Positions 47,872 to 52,439 of a stretch of 52,439 nucleotides of DNA are shown in pieces (position 1 is the first letter of the stretch; every line of letters begins with the position of its first letter). Below the pieces are notes generated by a model. It did no database searches. It was given only the letters and a program-made list of their open reading frames with translations, and was not told the DNA's origin. Source of the DNA: a virus. Its lineage: Duplodnaviria > Caudoviricetes. The stretch is from IMG/VR virus record IMGVR_UViG_3300031772_000049, positions 1-52,439 of that record. The stretch is one strand, 5' to 3'. The translations under genes and the position numbers were made by a program.

Positions 47872-48234
47872 CTCTCATCACACGCGCCCGCGCGAGTTGC
47901 AGGACCATAAAAAGTAATATGGTACAATGCAATCATCTCTCATCACACGCGCCCGCGCGAGTTGCAGGCAAGCAATTATTCAAAAAGCAATTACACGTCA
48001 AACTCTCATCACATGCGCCCGCGCGAGTTGCAGGGTTATGTTTCGTCTGTCAAATATGGTTCCCTTCTCTCATCACATGCGCCCGCGCGAGTTGCAGGAA
48101 GTCCTCTGTTTTGCTTTTCTTGACGTGGTGTATTCTCTCATCACATGCGCCCGCGCGAGTTGCAGGGATAAAACCCCCATCCCTGCAAGCCTGATTAACA
48201 GCCTCTCATCACATGCGCCCGCGCGAGTTGCAGG
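47872..48234 (-). CRISPR. CRISPR array, six 32-bp repeats and five spacers of 32-36 bp
   Basis: Repeat (minus strand) CCTGCAACTCGCGCGGGCGC(A/G)TGTGATGAGAG at + positions 47872, 47937, 48003, 48067, 48135, 48203; spacers 33, 34, 32, 36, 36 bp. Confidence 0.97.
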
Positions 48235-48236
48235 TG

Positions 48237-48375
48237 CCTGCATGTAAACGCTGATTGATTGAGCTCATGCGCCCGCACTTCCGCTAACCTTACATTTCTC
48301 GTCTATTGGCGTGGTGTCTGGTGAGTGGCTTAGCGGTAACCCGTTGCCCTCACCCTCCAGCCGTGAGAACGGCTG
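48237..48375 (-). ncRNA. Putative tracrRNA/omega-RNA scaffold (copy A), overlapping the cas12f 3' end
   Basis: Loop TTCTCA complementary to repeat end TGAGAG; GGTGAG/CTCACC stem; 3' anti-repeat TTACATGCAGG pairs with repeat CCTGCA and GCATGTGA. Confidence 0.8.
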
Positions 48376-49569
48376 AGCATCAAATGATGCTATATTCAAA
48401 GCGGCATTGTAATCCGCATTGATTTCTAATCCGCAGGATTGACATACGAAATGCTGTTGATCAACCCTGTTTTCTTTCGCCCGATGACCGCATCCAGAAC
48501 ATGTCTGTGATGTATATCGGGGATTTATATATTCAATGTCGATACCCTGATTTTTTGCCTTATACTCAATCATTTTTTGTAATTGATAATATGTCCAGTT
48601 CCTGCGTAAAAATTTATTCTGAATATCATCATGTATACCCGTCAATTTTTCCATACGTATCATCCCGACATTATTAGCCACACAAAATTTTATGGTTTCC
48701 CTTGATAATAAATGGTTATAGTTTGTACGCACTTCATGCTCTTTGTTTTCAAACCTGTCCAGGGCTTTTAATTTTTTTGTCCGTCCGTGCCCGCTGGAAG
48801 TTAATTTTATATTTTTTTGTAATGATCTCTTTTTTTGAATGCTGACTTTACGGGTCATTTTTAATATGTCGTCCATGCCCCCCAGGAATAAACGTTTCGG
48901 GGTGTCTTTTATGGCGAGCGATAATAAATTAAATGAATTAGCGTTTGAGTCAATCCCGCATACAATATTTTTATTCGGGGACTTTGTTATTATTTCATGT
49001 GAATGAACAATGTATAAATACCAGAAGCCTTTTCTTTTTATTAATTTTGAATCATGCTGGTCATATGCCCCCGATAGTATGCCGTCAAGAATTACAGATA
49101 ATGACTTATCTTTATTTATGCCGATCATTTCAAACTTTGTTTTATTCATGGCCGATGGTTCTAAAAAATATCTACCATCAGTTTTATATATTTTTCGCCC
49201 CTGCTTTCGGCATGGAATTGAATCATCTTTCATTCGTGGTATAGAGCGCATATTTTTTAATATATCTTTTTTAAATTTTAAAAATTCATTAACCGCATCA
49301 ATCCGCGCGTGAGAAGCAAGAGTTTTTGTAGCAAATTCAGGATCAGTTTTAAAACTATCAATATACGAGGCATACGATAACGACCGGCCGTCTTCTTTTT
49401 TCACTGTTTTATTATCAATATTGTTCTGCATATATGCCACACACCGACGAATAGCAATATTGCGTTCTCGATTTAATTCGTTGCTCACGCACGCCATCCA
49501 GTACATGATTTTTTTCCAATCATCACCGCAAATGATAAGTTTTATTTTAGCTACTGCCCGTGTTTTCAT
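48265..49569 (-). CDS. cas12f: Cas12f1-like (TnpB-derived) miniature type V effector
   Basis: RuvC-I VCGID, GHGRTKKLK, NH..SR, RuvC-II MEKL, NWTYY.LQ..I.YKA...GI, P.YTSQ.CS.CG, C..CG, RuvC-III NADYNAA.NI; adjacent array. Confidence 0.9.
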   Translation of the reverse strand: MKTRAVAKIKLIICGDDWKKIMYWMACVSNELNRERNIAIRRCVAYMQNNIDNKTVKKEDGRSLSYASYIDSFKTDPEFATKTLASHARIDAVNEFLKFKKDILKNMRSIPRMKDDSIPCRKQGRKIYKTDGRYFLEPSAMNKTKFEMIGINKDKSLSVILDGILSGAYDQHDSKLIKRKGFWYLYIVHSHEIITKSPNKNIVCGIDSNANSFNLLSLAIKDTPKRLFLGGMDDILKMTRKVSIQKKRSLQKNIKLTSSGHGRTKKLKALDRFENKEHEVRTNYNHLLSRETIKFCVANNVGMIRMEKLTGIHDDIQNKFLRRNWTYYQLQKMIEYKAKNQGIDIEYINPRYTSQTCSGCGHRAKENRVDQQHFVCQSCGLEINADYNAALNIASFDAQPFSRLEGEGNGLPLSHSPDTTPIDEKCKVSGSAGA

Positions 49570-49595
49570 ATTATTTCATCAAACTCCGTTTTACG
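49563..49595. repeat. 33-bp direct repeat, copy 2 (DUF2800 gene end and cas12f start)
   Basis: Identical to 47838-47870. Confidence 0.95.
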
Positions 49596-50645
49596 CGGTA
49601 CTAGCTTAATCAATTCAGGGGTGTTGTAATACCCTTCCAGATTTTTCTTCCCCGCAATCTTTTCAAGTTGCGCGGGGCTTTTCAGCTTTTTATCAAATAA
49701 ATCATCCTTCAAGTACCCAAAGTCTTCAATCACTTTTTTATCATCATTCCATCGCCGATGCCCGTATCCGGTCCCGCGCATGAACAGTGACAACGTGGTC
49801 CCCGCTTCCAGGGCTTTCATCAAAGTCAATTCAATAGCATTCAAATAATTCTCTATATTCTTTTTATTCATGTAAATCTTTTCAAGTACTTCAATCGATG
49901 CCGAGTGTTCCCCCGCCTGCGCCAGGGTATCAACCATTGAGATATACTCACCCATTTTCGGGCATACCAGCATGCAGGGGCAGAATGTGCACCAATTGCC
50001 GGTCGTGCATGAGGTGTTTACAGTAATTTCATCCAGGGTCCTTTCAATTTGTTTTAAAAAATATTCAACTGTATAATCTTTATACTCGCTTTTCGCATGC
50101 CGCTCAGTCTCATTATAATAGAAGGGTTGTACGATATGCAGGACCACACTCATATCGCCGGATAATTGCTTTCTCATATTCCACAGCACCACGCACGCAG
50201 TAAAATATAATTGGTCAAATGCAGAACTTGAATAATCCCAATTGCCCGTCTTGAGATCATACACATCCAGGCGTCCCGAACTTAAAATCATCGCGTCCAT
50301 TTTTGCCACACACTCGAACCCTTGAATCGTTTCCCGATACTTTTCTTCAACAATCAACTCGCCTTTTAATTTCTTTTTGTCCTTTAATATAATGCCTGAA
50401 TAATACTTTGCAACTTCGGTCACCGCCTTATACTCGTTATCGTCCTTAGCATACCCCGCATCCTTCATGGCCTGAGCCATTGCCATACCCCCGAGTACAT
50501 TCTCGCCCACCTTATGAATTTTCTTACCACGTTCGGCGACGGCCAATACCGGACGATACTCAAGGATTTTATCCATGGCCTGGTATAGATGCAACGACCC
50601 TGGGCAATGAATAATTCGGTTAACTTCGCTTGCTTGTATTTTCAT
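49566..50645 (-). CDS. DUF2800 / Cas4-like PD-(D/E)xK nuclease of the phage replication module
   Basis: S..R...CPGS, A.RG..IH, D......V.DLKTG, QL..., G.WC.FC....C, KL.SPAQLEK. Confidence 0.85.
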   Translation of the reverse strand: MKIQASEVNRIIHCPGSLHLYQAMDKILEYRPVLAVAERGKKIHKVGENVLGGMAMAQAMKDAGYAKDDNEYKAVTEVAKYYSGIILKDKKKLKGELIVEEKYRETIQGFECVAKMDAMILSSGRLDVYDLKTGNWDYSSSAFDQLYFTACVVLWNMRKQLSGDMSVVLHIVQPFYYNETERHAKSEYKDYTVEYFLKQIERTLDEITVNTSCTTGNWCTFCPCMLVCPKMGEYISMVDTLAQAGEHSASIEVLEKIYMNKKNIENYLNAIELTLMKALEAGTTLSLFMRGTGYGHRRWNDDKKVIEDFGYLKDDLFDKKLKSPAQLEKIAGKKNLEGYYNTPELIKLVPRKTEFDEII

Positions 50646-50950
50646 TTGATATCACCCGTTAAGTAAAATTCAATCATCGGCCCTTGCATCCTGAATATCT
50701 GACCATTTTTAAAGGTAACCGTTATGCGTTTATTTTCTACATCAAAATCAGTACTTTCAAATTCCTTTTGAGTCTTCGCTGAAAAAAGTTGTTCCAATCG
50801 CTTCAAACACTTTTTACGGCTTTTAAAAATACTCCTTTTATCACAATCCATCATTAATTCTTTCAATGCGAATTTATCCGAATAAGAATACTTATTCGTT
50901 TCGTTCATCGTTACATCTTGTAATTTATCGCCGTTCATAAGGACCTCCAA
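50642..50950 (-). CDS. Hypothetical protein
   Basis: ORF track; first gene of the leftward operon. Confidence 0.55.
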   Translation of the reverse strand: MEVLMNGDKLQDVTMNETNKYSYSDKFALKELMMDCDKRSIFKSRKKCLKRLEQLFSAKTQKEFESTDFDVENKRITVTFKNGQIFRMQGPMIEFYLTGDIK

Positions 50951-50963
50951 TTAGTATAAAGTG

Positions 50964-50992
50964 AACATACATAACAAACGAAACCTTGTCAA
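50964..50992 (-). promoter_or_regulatory. Sigma70-like promoter of the DUF2800-cas12f-CRISPR-polA operon
   Basis: TTGACA-17 nt-TATGTT on the minus strand. Confidence 0.65.
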
Positions 50993-51031
50993 CACATTTT
51001 TAAATTTTTTTAAAAATTTTTAAAAAAAGAA

Positions 51032-51060
51032 TTGACGACAATAGTATAATATAGTAGTTT
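51032..51060 (+). promoter_or_regulatory. Divergent sigma70-like promoter for SSB and helicase
   Basis: TTGACG-17 nt-TAGTTT, with A/T tracts upstream. Confidence 0.5.
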
Positions 51061-51111
51061 CTGTTTAGCTAAATGAAGCTACATATTTTAAATTTAAAAG
51101 AGGTGCCAAAA

Positions 51112-51684
51112 ATGGCAAAAACGTTAATTACAAAACCTTTCCGGTGCGCATTCCCTTCACTTACGGAGCCCAAAAACTTTCAGGGGCAGGGGGCTTTAAA
51201 GTACTCAATCATCGGCCTTATTCCGAAAAGTGATAAGGGCTTTAAAAAACAGATTGAAGACTTCATCGTTGAGGCCGTGGAAAAAACAAACTGGACCGCC
51301 GCACAGAAAAAAGCGGTCATTGCGACCGCGACAAAAAATGACGGGGACTTCCTCATTATTAAAAATGGTGAGCTTAAAGACCTGGATAAGTATCCCTTTT
51401 TTAATGGTCATAATTTCATCAATCTCAAGCGGGGTGAAAAGGGCGGGCCCGTCCCTTGCTACTATCCAGATAAAACCCCGGTCCCCGCAAGTCTGGTCAG
51501 TAGTGAGATTTATTCTGGTTGCTGGGTGCGCGCCAATATTTCTGCGTGGTGCTATGAGAAACCAAAGATGGGTGTCACTTTACAACTAATCGAAATTCAA
51601 AAAGTAAAAGACGACGAATCATTCAGGCAAACCAGTTTTGATGCAATTGAAGCGGAGGAAACTAAAAGCGACGACGAAGTATAA
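51112..51684 (+). CDS. DUF2815 ssDNA-binding protein
   Basis: R..F..L..P, KYS...LIPK, IYSGC..RA, G....L..IQ...D.E.F, acidic tail. Confidence 0.88.
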   Translation: MAKTLITKPFRCAFPSLTEPKNFQGQGALKYSIIGLIPKSDKGFKKQIEDFIVEAVEKTNWTAAQKKAVIATATKNDGDFLIIKNGELKDLDKYPFFNGHNFINLKRGEKGGPVPCYYPDKTPVPASLVSSEIYSGCWVRANISAWCYEKPKMGVTLQLIEIQKVKDDESFRQTSFDAIEAEETKSDDEV

Positions 51685-51707
51685 AAGGTATTCTTAATCT
51701 GTAAGTA

Positions 51708-51736
51708 GCACGGGGACCGCAACCCGTGCATTTTTT
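51708..51736 (+). terminator. Rho-independent terminator after SSB
   Basis: GCACGGG-8 nt-CCCGTGC then ATTTTTT. Confidence 0.65.
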
Positions 51737-51746
51737 AAGGAGTAAT

Positions 51747-51914
51747 ATGAACGACGATAAAACGATAATTATGTGGATGCACGCCTACCTTACGGTTGAT
51801 GACATAAACGCATTGCACAAATTATATAAAGATACCGGGATGAAAAAAGGGGAGGTCCACCGCCGCATTATTCACCTGGGCTTAAAACAATATTTAAAAG
51901 AATTAAAAAAATGA
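51747..51914 (+). CDS. Small RHH-like DNA-binding protein
   Basis: RBS AAGGAG; L..L...TG....E..R..I..GL..YL. Confidence 0.55.
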   Translation: MNDDKTIIMWMHAYLTVDDINALHKLYKDTGMKKGEVHRRIIHLGLKQYLKELKK

Positions 51915-52439
51915 TCCTTGACCCTGATCAAATAGACGGCGTACGCTGGATACGATCAGCCCTTGAAAAACATAAGGGGATAATACTTGCCGACATTATG
52001 GGCAAAGGAAAAAGTGCCCAGGCCATCGAGGTTGTCCGATTTAGCCATAAACCCGTTTTAATCATATCCCCTGCATATCTGATATACAATTGGTTCGACG
52101 AGCTCCAATTATGGGGTTATGACCGGACCATCTGTACCATCGATTCGACCAAGCAAATACTACCAGACGCCGATATATATCTTGTATCCTATGATATGGC
52201 CGTATCAGATGCAATCTTTTCGCAATTATTTAAAAAATCATGGGGATACATCATATGCGACGAGGGTCATTACCTCAAGGGATGGAATACCAAGCGGTCA
52301 CGGCGCATCCTGGGCACGTATAAAAACAAATTTTCACACCTATATGCACGCACTGAAAAAATAATACTCCTTACCGGGACCCCACTCCTTAATCGTATCG
52401 AAGAGCTTTATAATGTGATCATCCGTATCGCACCCGAGG
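51911..52439 (+). CDS. SNF2-family helicase (3'-truncated)
   Basis: Manual translation: ILADIMGKGKS, IICDEGHYLK, LLTGTPLLN. Confidence 0.9.
   Translation, partial: MILDPDQIDGVRWIRSALEKHKGIILADIMGKGKSAQAIEVVRFSHKPVLIISPAYLIYNWFDELQLWGYDRTICTIDSTKQILPDADIYLVSYDMAVSDAIFSQLFKKSWGYIICDEGHYLKGWNTKRSRRILGTYKNKFSHLYARTEKIILLTGTPLLNRIEELYNVIIRIAPE

Noticed and set aside
47919-48247. Plus-strand ORFs with SSHAPARVAG / LITCARASCR repeats
   Set aside because: Translation artefacts of the CRISPR repeats
48265-49569. IS200/IS605 or IS607 transposon carrying tnpB
   Set aside because: No TnpA (Y1 or serine recombinase) in the window; the adjacent array and anti-repeat favour Cas12f
49566-50645. Cas4-like nuclease next to cas12f as a CRISPR adaptation gene
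   Set aside because: It is the DUF2800 gene normally found with polA, DUF2815 and SNF2 in such phages, lies outside the 33-bp duplication, and has no cas1/cas2 partner

Overview
The window is a near-complete (about 52 kb, both ends truncated) dsDNA tailed-phage genome. It has an HK97-type head (terS/terL, portal, gpF, protease, capsid), a Mu-like contractile tail and baseplate, an amidase lysis cassette, and a replication module (primase-helicase, family A DNA polymerase, DUF2800 nuclease, DUF2815 SSB, SNF2 helicase). No integrase was seen. Two accessory systems stand out. (1) A compact type V CRISPR locus (434-aa Cas12f1-like nuclease, tracrRNA-like scaffold overlapping its 3' end, six 32-bp repeats, no cas1/cas2) sits between the DUF2800 and polA genes and is bounded by a 33-bp direct repeat. 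Two further copies of the same RNA scaffold lie about 38-43 kb away, in front of terL (5059-5133) and gpF (10489-10577). Each is fused to the repeat 3' end (GAGAG), and the terL copy shows compensatory changes in stem and pseudoknot. They look like natural single-guide RNAs whose guide is the phage's own adjacent gene start. (2) An 8.6-kb pseudaminic-acid-like (nonulosonate) biosynthesis operon with a Maf-family glycosyltransferase. An orphan HigA antitoxin with only a stump of HigB, and a nested palindromic origin-like element, are also present. All protein family calls are from motif recognition by eye; no database search was run.
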